NCBI RefSeq assembly: GCF_963921235.1
Contig: NC_086097.1
Location: 203,610,001-203,674,000, forward strand
Direction of reading: 5' to 3'
Origin: Mobula hypostoma
Lineage: Eukaryota
DNA length: 64,000 bases
The notes beneath the pieces are model-generated. The model had not been told where the DNA came from and searched no databases. It saw nothing but the letters and a program-made list of their open reading frames with translations. Shown piece by piece: positions 38,508 to 49,539 of the stretch; position 1 is the stretch's first letter; each line of letters starts with the position of its first letter. The translations under genes and the position numbers were made by a program.

Positions 38508-38770
38508 ACAGGAGCAGAATTCAGCCATGTGGCTCCTTGAGTCAGCTCCAGTGTTAAATCATGGCTGATTTTTTTTCAATCCTGTTGTCCCACTTTCTAC
38601 CCAAAATCTTTAACTTCCTTACCAATCAAGGACCTATCAATCTCTGCCTTAAATACACCCCGTGACTTGGCCTTCACTGCTCTCTGTGGAAATAAATTCC
38701 ACTGATTCACCACCTGCTGGCTGAAGAAATTCCTTGTCATCCCATTTTTTTAAGGGATATCCTTCTATTT
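38505..38770 (-). mobile_element. CR1 3' fragment
   Basis: Similar to 18580-18840. Confidence 0.75.
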
Positions 38771-39809
38771 TATGGAAATGGACTCCTTGACACAAAACGC
38801 ATCACGAGGTATAAGGAGAAAGTGTGAATATGTGATTGAGACATAGGATCCAAGGGCTGAATGATCAATTCTTCCTATTGTTCTCTATTATTCTGACATG
38901 GATTGGTTATCCCCAGATTCGCTGATGCCTCTCTGGATGCTATACTGGGGCAGGATGTTGTCTATTCCTGTTAGCACTGTTAATGTGTGGCTAGAAGGGG
39001 CTTTGAAAGTTTTGTCCTGTCTTCGGATTCAATGCCACAAGCCGGTTATCAGACTGGGACATGTGAGGACAGTCGTGCATTCATGAAACTTCATACGTTC
39101 ATAATACAATAGATCAAGGTTGCATCCAGTTAGGAAATGCCAGCTAGGCTAACACAATTCTGATCTAAGATCTGTGCACAGCAAACAAAAGGTTGTACTG
39201 TATCTAATCTTTTGCTCCACCATTAAACAGAGCACTGAGTCCTAGAGGGGTACAGTAAATGCTGAGGTGAGGGGCCCTCAGATATTTGTCAGCAATAGCT
39301 AGTGCAACTTGATTGTCGTTTTTTTTCATATGTCTTTATCCTAAATAGGTAAAGTAAGTGAAGGTGTGTTTTGTTAATTTTACTTTAATTAATATTAATG
39401 GTTTAATTAATTTATTTAAATTCAGCAATTTATTTTATATTTATTATTGATGTTTTGTAATATTTCAACATTCACAGAAAATATGTCCGATCAGCAATAG
39501 AAAATGCCTCTGAGAAAAGGCCATGAGGAGGTCTATGTGTGGCCGCCTACTTTCTGTTGCTTGCAGAGATCTCATCCTCTCAGAAAAGCTGCAGTAGTGA
39601 ACAAAACTGGGTAGTGGAACTAGACACTGTCAGCTGTGTGGCCACAAGATGTAACTGTGGGCTCAGGCACCTGCAAGAGGTAAATGAGAATTAGTGCTTA
39701 TTACTGCATCATCTCTTTCTGATCTTTTAACGCTACAGCAACATCTCACACATCACACCAACCTACTCTGACCTGTTAGAAGTATATAAAATTATGAGAG
39801 GCATAGACC

Positions 39810-40134
39810 AAAAGACCATAAGACATTGGAGCAAAATTAGGCCCACCAACTCTGCTCCACTATTCAACCATGGGTGATTTATTATCCTTTTCTACCTCAG
39901 TCTCCTGTCTTTTCCCATAGCCTTTAATGCCCTGACTAATCAAGAAACCATCAGCCTCTTCTTTAAATATATCCAATGACAGTCTCCACAGCTGTCTCTG
40001 GCAATAATTTCCATAGTCTTGCCACCCTCTGGCTAAATAAATTCCTGCTCATTTCTATTCTACTGTTCTAAATGGACATCGCTCTATTCTGACACCATGC
40101 TCTCTGGTCCTAGACTCCCCCACTATAGGAAACA
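39810..40134 (-). mobile_element. CR1 3' fragment
   Basis: AGACCATAAGAC tail on the + strand and similarity to 18580-18915. Confidence 0.75.
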
Positions 40135-41984
40135 TCAGTGTGAGGTGGCTTTTCAAAAGGTAATGGAAGTGCTGACGTCAGACACTGTACTCACACATTA
40201 TGATTCACATCATCCAGTGAAGTTTGCCTGTAATATCTCACCTCACGGGATAGGCGCAGTAATGTCATATGTTACGAGTAATGGAAGTGAACGTCCCATA
40301 GCCTTTGCACCACATTCTCTGACAGCTGCAGAGAAAAATGATGCACAGGTTAATATAAAGGCCTTATGTGTGGTTTGGGTGTAAAATGTTTCAACTAATA
40401 CTTGTATACTTGTATGAGAAAGAGATTACACTCATTACTGACCATCAACCCTTAGTGTCTAATTTCAGTCCACAGAAGGGTGTTCCACAAACATCAGCAG
40501 CAGGAATGCAGAGATGGGCTCTGTTTTTTTGGAGGAAGCAATTACAAGGTTGAATTCAAGAGGACATCTAATCATGTAAATGCTGATGGCTTGTCTCGTT
40601 TACCTTGGAAAAGGAAACAGCTGAAAAATTTACAAACGAGGACATTCCTCTGGGTGTAATCTCCCTAATGCAAATCAAAGGTCTCCCTATTATAGTAGAG
40701 ATGATTCAAAGGGAAAACAGAAAAGACCCCACACTCTGTCAGGTCTACATGGTCACCCAAAAAGGCTGGAATGTGCAGCAGAAATCTTAGTTCCCCTATT
40801 TTTTTTTTACCAGTGCTGGGATGAATTGCCCTTGATAGAAGTTGCCTTCTGCGGGGAATTGAGAGTTGTTGCACCATCCAAGCTGAGAGCTAAAGTGTGG
40901 GAGGAGCTACAAGGCACTCATCTGGGTGTGGTTGAAATGAAAGCATCAGCTCAAAGCTTTGTTTGGTGGCCTGGGATAGATTAGTAAATCGAACAGCTCA
41001 CCTTGAATTGTTTGGGATGCCAAAATGTCGAGAAGATGCCAAGAGCAGAACTTCTTCATCCCTGGGAATGGCAGAGGATTCACGTGGACTTTGCTGGATC
41101 ATTCATGGGCACAAGCTTCTTGGTGGTAGTGGATGGAGCTACAAAGTGGCCGGAATTGTTCTCAATAGCCTGAACTACAGGCTCGAACACCGTTGATGTG
41201 TTGAGAAGCCTCTTCTCAAGGAGTGGTTTTTCAAAACACATAGTCAATGACAATGGACCATAGATTGTTGTGCAACAGTTTCAGTCATTCCTAAAAATGA
41301 ATGGAGTAAGACATAATACATCTGCACTGTACCACCCAGCCACAAATGGCTTGGTGGAAAGGCATGCCCGGAGTCCAAAGAATGCACTATGAGCAATGTC
41401 AGCAGAGCACACTACACACACACACTGAATCAGAAGCTCATCAATTTCCTCTTTGTATATCGAAATACAGCACATTCCACAACCAACATCTCACCAGCTC
41501 TGCTATTTCTTGGCTGTCCCATGCATCTACACTTGGATCTCCTCAAACCCAGTCTCAGAAGAAGTATGTAAGACAAGCAGCTGAGACAAATTGAGGGCTC
41601 CTCAAAAAAGAGGTTTGATGTTTTATTCCCGGACAAGCTGTGCTGTTGAGGGACTACTAAGATAATCAAAAGTGGATTTGTAGGTGTTCAGAGCTGTCAG
41701 AACTGCTTCCTGCAGTCCCAGAATGAACTTCTACGACCACCACGGAGGAGTTCCCAAAACCTGAGATTGTTTGACAGCCACAAGTTTCACCTGCCAAGCA
41801 GAGTGATCCCACACCCCCACTGTCAGGAAAAAGATTATCCCAAAAGAGTAAAAGATCCTCCCTCAGTGATTAATTCTTTAGGCCTTAATGAGACAATTTA
41901 AAGTTTACTGTGCTGTGAATGTCTATATAGTGGTTATGTTACATAGTATACTCTATAACCTACGTATGACACTGCATCTGGTGC

Positions 41985-43775
41985 TGTAGTTCAGAAGGAA
42001 AGCAGTGGCAAGCGGACTGCAGTAGTGACAGGAGATTCCATAGTTAGAGGAGAACGACAGGATAAAGTAGGAGGGAGTAATGATGGACAAGGAAATGACA
42101 GATAACCTGAATAAATATTTTGCATCAGTCTTCACTGTGGAAGACTCTAGCAGTATGCTGCAAGTTCGAGAGTGTCAGGGGGCAGATGTGAGTGCAGTTG
42201 CTATTACTAGGGAGAAGATGTTTGAAAAGCTGCAAGGTCTGAAGGTAGATGAGTCATCTGCTGCTTGGCTACCTTAGGGTTTGGAAAGAGGTAGCTGATG
42301 GCATTGTGGAGGCATTAGTACTGCTCTTTCAAGAATCACTAGATTTTGGCATGGTTCTGGAGGACTGGAAAATTGCAAATGTCACTCCACTCTTCAAGAA
42401 AGGGGGAGGCAGAAGAAAGAAAGTTATAGGCCAGTTAGCCTGACCTCAGTGGTTGAGAAAATGCAGGGGTTGATTGTTAAGGATGCGGTTTCAGGTTACT
42501 TGGAGGCGCATGATAAAATAAGCGAAAGTCAGTGTGGTTTCCTTAAGAGAAAATCTTGCCTGAAAAATCTGTAGGAATTCTTTGAGGAGAACTGATGCAT
42601 GTTGCGTACTTGGATTTTCAGGCCTTTGACAAAGTGCCATGCATAAATCTGCTTAGCAAGATAAGAGCCCATGGTATTGCAAGAAAGATACTAGCATGGA
42701 TAGAGCATTGGCTGATTGGCAGGAGACAAAGAGTGGGAATAGAGGATAGACGATGTTTTGGGCTGAAACCCTTCTGCAGGACTGGAGAAAAAAAAGCTGA
42801 GGAATAGATTTAAAAGGTGGGAAGAGGGGAGAGAGAAACACCAGCTGATAGGTGAAAACTGGAGGAGGAGGGATGAAGTAAAGAGCTGGGAAGTTGATTG
42901 GTGAAAAAGTCAGAAGGCCATGGAAGAAAGAAAAAGGGGTGAGGAACACCCGAGGGAGATAGTGGGTGGGCAAGCAGATAAAGTGAGAGAGGGTAAAGGG
43001 GATGGGAAATAGTGAAGGGGAGGGGGTGGGGGGCATTACTGGAAGTTTGAGAAATCGGGGTTCATGCCAACAGAATATAAGATGTTGTTCCTCCAACCTA
43101 AGTGTGGCCTCATCATGACAGTGGAGGAGTCCATGGATGGACATTGGAATAGGAGTGGGAAGTGGAATTAAAATGGGTGGCCACTGGGAGATCCCACTTG
43201 TTCTGGCGAATGGGGCATAGATGCTCGCTGAAGCGGTCTCCCAATCTATGTCGGGTCTCACTGATATACAGGAGGCCACACTGGGAACACTGAACACAGT
43301 AAGTAACCCCAACAGCCCCACAGGTGAAGTGTCACCTCACCTAGAAGGACTGTTTAGGGCCCTGAATGGTAGTGAGGGAGGAGGTGTAGTATGTAGGATG
43401 TTCTGGCATTGGAGAGGGTTCAGAGGAAGTTCATGAAAATGACTCTGGGAATAAAAGGCTTATCATATGAGGTGTACTTGATGGCTCTGGGCCTGTACTC
43501 CCTGGAATTTAGAAGAATGAGCAGGGCTTCATTGAAGCATATTAAATGTTGAAAGGCCTAGACAGGGACGTCCATTTTGAACAGAGATGAGGAGGAATTC
43601 GTTCAGCCAACACGTGGTGAATCTATGGAAATCATTGCCATTGGCAGCTGTGGAGGCTAGTTCATTGCATATACTTAAGGCAGAGGCTGATAGATTCTCG
43701 ATATGTCAGAACGTGAAGAGTTACGGGGTGAAGGCAGGAGAGTAGGGTTGGGATAAAAATGGATCAGCCATGATA
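41985..43775 (+). mobile_element. CR1 ORF2 fragment nested in the Gypsy element
   Basis: LNKYFASVFT, DWKIANVTPLFKKG and LDFQAFDKVP; CR1 3' end at ~43390-43775. Confidence 0.85.
42745..43390 (-). mobile_element. Penelope fragment nested in CR1
   Basis: Homologous to 23040-23720 (MSIHGLLHCHDEATLRLEEQHL). Confidence 0.85.
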
Positions 43776-44169
43776 TATTGTTAATATATATATAATGGTA
43801 TATGAATGCATATAATTTGAGATGCATTCTAAATTAGATTTGGAGTTTATAGCCGAGCAAGGAAGAGCCTTGTGTATTTAATATTTCAGTGATATTGTAA
43901 ATATGTTGTTGGATTAAGTGTTCTTTGCTTAAATAATTAATTACAGTTTACATGTAAATATTTGAATGGCATATATATCCCCATGCCACCGTGCCATAAG
44001 TGCATGCCTTACTAAAGTAAAAATGAAACTAAGTGCACACGTCTCCCAGCTCAGTGTTGTTCTTTCAATTTGTTTTATGTTTTGGAATTACAAACATGAC
44101 ACTTTGGAGCACAATGCCGTAGGGCAGCTGTCACGGGGCAGTTTCAGGACCAATGAGTGGTCTTATCTT

Positions 44170-44862
44170 AAGCGGGAGGAGAAGATGGCGGCGCGACGCA
44201 GCTCGCAGCGGCCACTTCGGTGGTGATGTCTGTTATCTGTCAAGTAGGGTGCTGTGCACAATCCTGATTTGATGGAGACAGACGTGAGAGCACAGAGGAA
44301 CATCTGGTGAAACTTCTGAAATGCCTGCTTCGCTGCTGCTGCTACTGTATGATCCAGAAACTCCAGAGGGGAAGGCCCCGAGTCCTTGGCTTTGCTTGTT
44401 GCTCGGAGACCGGGGCGGGGTCAAAGCGCTCGGCAGAGGATGGTGCTCGGTGCTCGGTGTAGGAGGGCTGGTCGGAGGCTCAAAGTTTTCGGACGGACTC
44501 AGAGTCCGCTGCCGTCGGGTGCTTCCAATGGTGCGGCATCGGCAAGTTTACGGCGCTTGGAGGTTCATGGCGGGGAGAGTTTCTCCTTTCTACCGTCTGC
44601 ATAAGATGATGAGGTTATTGGAACTTTGAGACTTTTTTTTACTGTGCCTATAGTCTGCTCTTTATCAAATTACGGTATTGCTTTGCACTGTTGTAACTAT
44701 ATGTTATAATTGTGTGGTTTTGTCAGTTTTAGTCTTGGTTTGTCTTGTGTTTCTTGTGATATCTTTCTGGAGGAACATTTTTAATGTATGCATTTCTAAA
44801 TGACAATAAACGAGGACTGAGTGTCCTCATGATCTAATAATCTAATCTAATCTAATCTAATC
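44170..44862 (+). mobile_element. Young non-autonomous retroelement with (TCTAA)n tail
   Basis: Starts near AAGATGGCGGCG, is CpG-rich and non-coding, has AATAAA at ~44805 and then (TCTAA)n. Confidence 0.65.
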
Positions 44863-46062
44863 AATACAGTACTTGACGGGGATGTCTGCTAAGTAAGTGC
44901 ATCTCTAAACATCTTCCTTGGACCAAATTCGCTCACAAGAGACTGGGGAATGATGAGTGTTCCCTTCATTCTCCAGTCTCCAGACAGATACAACATATAG
45001 CTTCTTAGAGCAGTGTTCGGTGAAGTAACAAGGATTGAGCAATCATCCATGTAGAATTAATTTGCATCTCTTTTTGTGTGCATGCAATCATGGGCCATTT
45101 TGTCAAATTTATGCCAATGGAGGGAAGTACAGGAATTTTGGATCCTGTCCTTTTGCTTTGAACCTAATCTAAGGTATTGGATGAGAAGTCAAACAGCAAT
45201 GCTATAGCTCTTACAGTACATGCAGGGGCTTCCAGATGCTTAATACTTAACCTCTAAGTTAACATCACAATAACTTCTCAGACACATTAATCAAGTCAAT
45301 TTGAGAATAACATTTTAACTGTCATTACTATCCTAAACCTCTGACTAAAACCATAAGATGTATTATTATGAGAAATAATAGATGCCAGGAATGAGGAAGA
45401 ATAATGAAGTTTAAACTTGGGGTTCATATCACGTCCTTAAACCACTGGAACTTGTTACAATGCTTTATAAGATCATCCGCATCCCTTGATTAAATGTCAG
45501 TGTGATTACTCACTCCCAAAGAACCATAATTCACTCTCTTCCTTCACTCTTGTTACTTTGTTGTTACTGGATGCATAAGATATACATCTGGTATGAATTT
45601 TTTTACTCTTAGTAGAACAACAAGACATGTTCTGGGAGAATAGCTGTACCTCCCAGATCTGTGGCTCCCTCACGCCATCTGTACATGTTCAGATCTTGGA
45701 ATGTGAGCTAGTCATTTTAACTTGCACATGCGATTTCTATGCTTCAACACAAACTGTGACAGTAATGCTGGAAATTTAAATTATAAAAATATTGCTTAAA
45801 CCTCACGAAGGTGAAAAAGCTGAAACAGTAAGTTGCATTTTCAAGATAAATGACCTGACTTGCAACCAGCTAACCAATGTAAGAGATTTGGGCAGGTTTG
45901 GAGGTTACTTCGCAGCATGGGTAGTCTTTTGTCCAAAATTCTGACTAACCCGAATAGCTTGATGGCAGAATTGCAGGCAAAGCACCCGAACCCACTGACT
46001 GTAGCATCAATGAATGATGTCCCAATAATAACGTTCAAAGAGAAATTGGGCCAGCAGTTCCA

Positions 46063-46390
46063 GAGTCAAAGTCAAAGTTGAGTTTATTGTTATATCCGCA
46101 AGTATATTAATGCACAGGTGTAATGCAAGCCTTACTTGTAGCAGCATCACAGGCACATAACATCATATCTGCAAGAAAGAAGGCCATTAGAACCAAAAAA
46201 AAGTAAATTTTAGTGCAAAGTGATCAAAGTGGTCATCGTGTTGCTATACCGAGGTAATGATTAGGATTGTGTCTGTTAGCTCAAGAACCGAATGGTTGAA
46301 GGGATGTAGCTGTTCTTGAACCTGGTGGTGTGAGACCTCATAGTTCTGTACTTTTTATTTGGTGACAGCTGTGAGAAAATGGAGTGGCCT
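46063..46390 (-). mobile_element. Rex1-type LINE 3' end
   Basis: AGTCAAAGTCAAAG tail followed by TTTATT; AGCTGTTCTTGAACCTGG segment. Confidence 0.6.
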
Positions 46391-46915
46391 GAATAGGACT
46401 ATGGGGAATGAGCAAGGGCACGATACAACATGGAGAAACAGGTCTCCACTTGTCTCTGGTTCTATGCAACTTGTTGGGAAGTACCTCTCTAATTCTTTTT
46501 AACGTTTCTCTATTGGAGGCAGCCTAATGAGCACTATATTTCGAAGATCCTCCTCGTGGCTACTTCAATCTGTCATGGGCCTCACTTTTTCAACACATCT
46601 CACTGATGTGCTGCATCCTCAGGTGTTGCAGATGGGTGAAAACGGTCTGAAGCTAGCTCCGAAATGCTGTGTCATGTCTTCATTTAAACATGGGTTTGTA
46701 AGGTATTTTTAAAAGAATGGGTGTTTTGAAATTTAATATTATGTGTCTTATGTTATATAAATTTGACCTTTCTTGGGGCTTTCTCTTTTCCTCTGCAGTG
46801 AAAATAAGAAGAGAAAGGTGAGCAGGATGTCTGCAGGGATCCCAACTTGCCTCAGGTCTCTTATCCTTAGTACATGCGCCTGCACAACTCTTGATTTTGG
46901 GTTTAATTGTCCAGA

Positions 46916-47552
46916 AGTCAAGTCAAGTCAAGTCACTTTTTATTGTTATTTCGACCATAACTGCTGGTACAGTTTAGGTAAAAACGGGACAACGTTTTTC
47001 AGGACCATGGTGCTACATGAAACAATACAAAACCACACTGAACTATGTAAAACAACACAAAAACTACACTAGACTACAGACCTACCCAGGACTGCATAAA
47101 GTGCACAAAACAGTGCAGGCATTACAATAAATAATTAACAAGACAATAGGCCCAGTACAGGGCAGTAGGTTGGTGTCAGTCCAGGCTCTGGGTATTGAGG
47201 AGTCTGATGGCTTGGGGGAAGAAACTGTTACATAGTCTGGCCGTGAGAGCACGAATACTTCGGTGCCTTTTGCCAGATGGCAGGAGGGAGAAGAGTTTGT
47301 ATGAGGGGTGTGTGGGGTCCTTCATAATGCTGCTTGCTTTGCAGATGCAGTGTGCAGTGTAAATGTCTGTAATAGCAGGAAAAAAGACCCAGATGATCTT
47401 CTCAGCTGACCTCACTATCCGCTGCAGCGCCTTGCAATCCGAGTTGGTGCAATTTCAGAACAAGGCAGTGATGCAGCTGCTCAGGATGCTGTCAATACGA
47501 CCTCTGTAGAATGTAGTCAGGATGGGGGGTGGGAGATGGACTTTTCTCAGTC
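46916..47552 (-). mobile_element. Rex1-type LINE 3' fragment
   Basis: FYRG.IDSILSSCIT and HPSYKLFSLLPSGKR..NSFFPQAIRLLN; (GACTT)n tail. Confidence 0.85.
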
Positions 47553-48049
47553 TTCGCTGGTTGAAATGGTTCAGATATCTGTGAGTCAACAAATAAGGCT
47601 GAGTCACCTGGCAGTTATGGTCATACCGTGTACAAGTGACCTTCAGCTGACTGAGATCCAATTCAGTAACAAATCATTTCATCCTTTTTGGTAAAAACCT
47701 CAGTTTAGTCTCTTGAGGACATTTCCATTTGACAATCACATTGCACAGGCTTCCTTCCATTGCAAGTCCCTCTAAACATACGCCAACAATTACGTAGAAA
47801 TCTCACAGCCTTGCACTGGGAAAGTCCCTGATCATTTTCTTTTTCTCGAAAGGTTCAATGAAGTTGACTGATAATTTTCAACTTTAACTTGCATGTTGTT
47901 TTAAGAATAAAGCAAGACATGGGTCACTAATTCAGGTTTCCGGTATCCGAGAGCATTGGGGTGAAGTCAGGTGTTGCTCATGGACCTCTAATCATGTGAA
48001 TTCTCCATTACTTTGCTTTCAGCTCACTTGTGAGTAGATCCCAAGAACT

Positions 48050-48316
48050 TACTATAGGGGCACAATTGAGACTATCTTGACTGGCTGCATCACTGCCTGG
48101 TACAGGAACTGTACTTCCTTCAATCACAGGACTCTGCAAGGAGTGGTGCGGATAGCCCAGTGTACCTGTAGATGTGAACTTACCGTTATTCAGGACATTT
48201 ACAGAGACAGGTGTGTAAAAAGGGCCCCAATGATCATTGGGGGCCTGAATCACCCCAACCACAAACTGTCCCAGCTGCTACCATCTGGGAAATGGTATCA
48301 TAGCATAAAAGCCAGA
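48050..48316 (+). mobile_element. Rex1-type LINE fragment
   Basis: TGCITAWY..LQGVVR..HPNHKLSQLLPSGK. Confidence 0.75.
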
Positions 48317-48349
48317 GGGTGAGAAACAATGTCTAGAATTGCCAGAATT

Positions 48350-49000
48350 TTCTATAGGGTCCTTCGTTCTACCACAGACTCTAGTGTTCCAGTTTGGCAG
48401 AGCCAGCCTTTCTAATCAGTTTATTGTGCCTGTTGGCATCACTTGATTTGATGCCATTGCCCTAGCACAACACTGCATAGAAGACTGTACTGCAACAATG
48501 GACTCGTGGAACATGCGAAGGAGAGGCCTACGTACTTCAAAGGACCTCAGTCTCCTCAGGAAGTAGAAGCAACTCTGGCCCTTCTTGTACACAGCCTCTA
48601 TGTTGGTGCTCTACTCAAGTCTGACATCCAGATTTACACCCAGGTACTTGTAGGCCCCCACCACATCCTCGTCCTCACTATCAATAGTAACAGGGAGCAG
48701 TGGAGGATTAGTCTTCTTAAGGTCCATCACCATCTCTTTTGTCTTACTGATGATGAGATGCAGATGATTCAGCTTGCACCATTTGACAAAGTCCTCCACC
48801 AGGACCCTGTATTCATTTTCTCGTCGACCCTTTATACACCCAACTATTGCTGAGTCATCAGAGGATTTCTGCAGATGACATGACTCAGTGTTGTGTCTAA
48901 AGTCTGGGGTTTACAGGGTAAAAAGGAAGGGAGTCAATACAGTCCCCCATGGGGCCTGAGTGTTGCTTATAGCCATGTCTGACACACAGCTCTGAATAAT
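48350..49000 (-). mobile_element. Rex1-type LINE RT fragment
   Basis: FVKWCKLNHL..SKTKEMVMD..YKYLGV. Confidence 0.75.
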
Positions 49001-49539
49001 ACAGATTAAGCTATAAATATTTATCTGTCACTGAATAGATGACCCAAATGCTTTGCATTCCGGATACGACAGTTACTACTATCCTTTTCGCTGTTGGCAA
49101 AATGGAAAGTACAGAAGAGTAAAGACGACAGGTCAACCTCTCCCTATAACTCTGCCACTCTAGTTCTGGCAACATTCTTGTATGTCTTTTCTGCATCTTT
49201 CCATTTTAACCACATCTTTCCTATAACAGGGTGACTAAAACTTACTCCAACTGTGCCTTTAGCAAAGTCTGCATTATATTGTCCTAACTTCTGTACTCAA
49301 TGTCCTGACTGATGAAGGCTCGTGCGCTAAATGCCTTTTAAACCACCCTATCTGCCTGTGACATCACTTTCAACTAAATATACACTTTTACTCCTAAGTC
49401 TCTCTATTCCACTACACACCCTAGTGCATTACAGCTCGTAGTTTAATTCCTGCACTGGTTCGCCTCACCTTGAGAATCATTCATTGTACGAACACATTTA
49501 GTTAAGAGCCCATGGTATTTCAGGAATGATACTAACATG

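Larger units (their letters stand above)
40135..44101 (+). mobile_element. 3' half of a Mag-like Gypsy element (RNase H, integrase, 3' LTR ~43868-44101), interrupted by CR1
   Basis: VLTHYD..GIGAVMS..ERPIAF, ITDHQPL, DNGP and YHPATNGL motifs. The LTR matches the reverse complement of 16550-16799. Confidence 0.8.
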
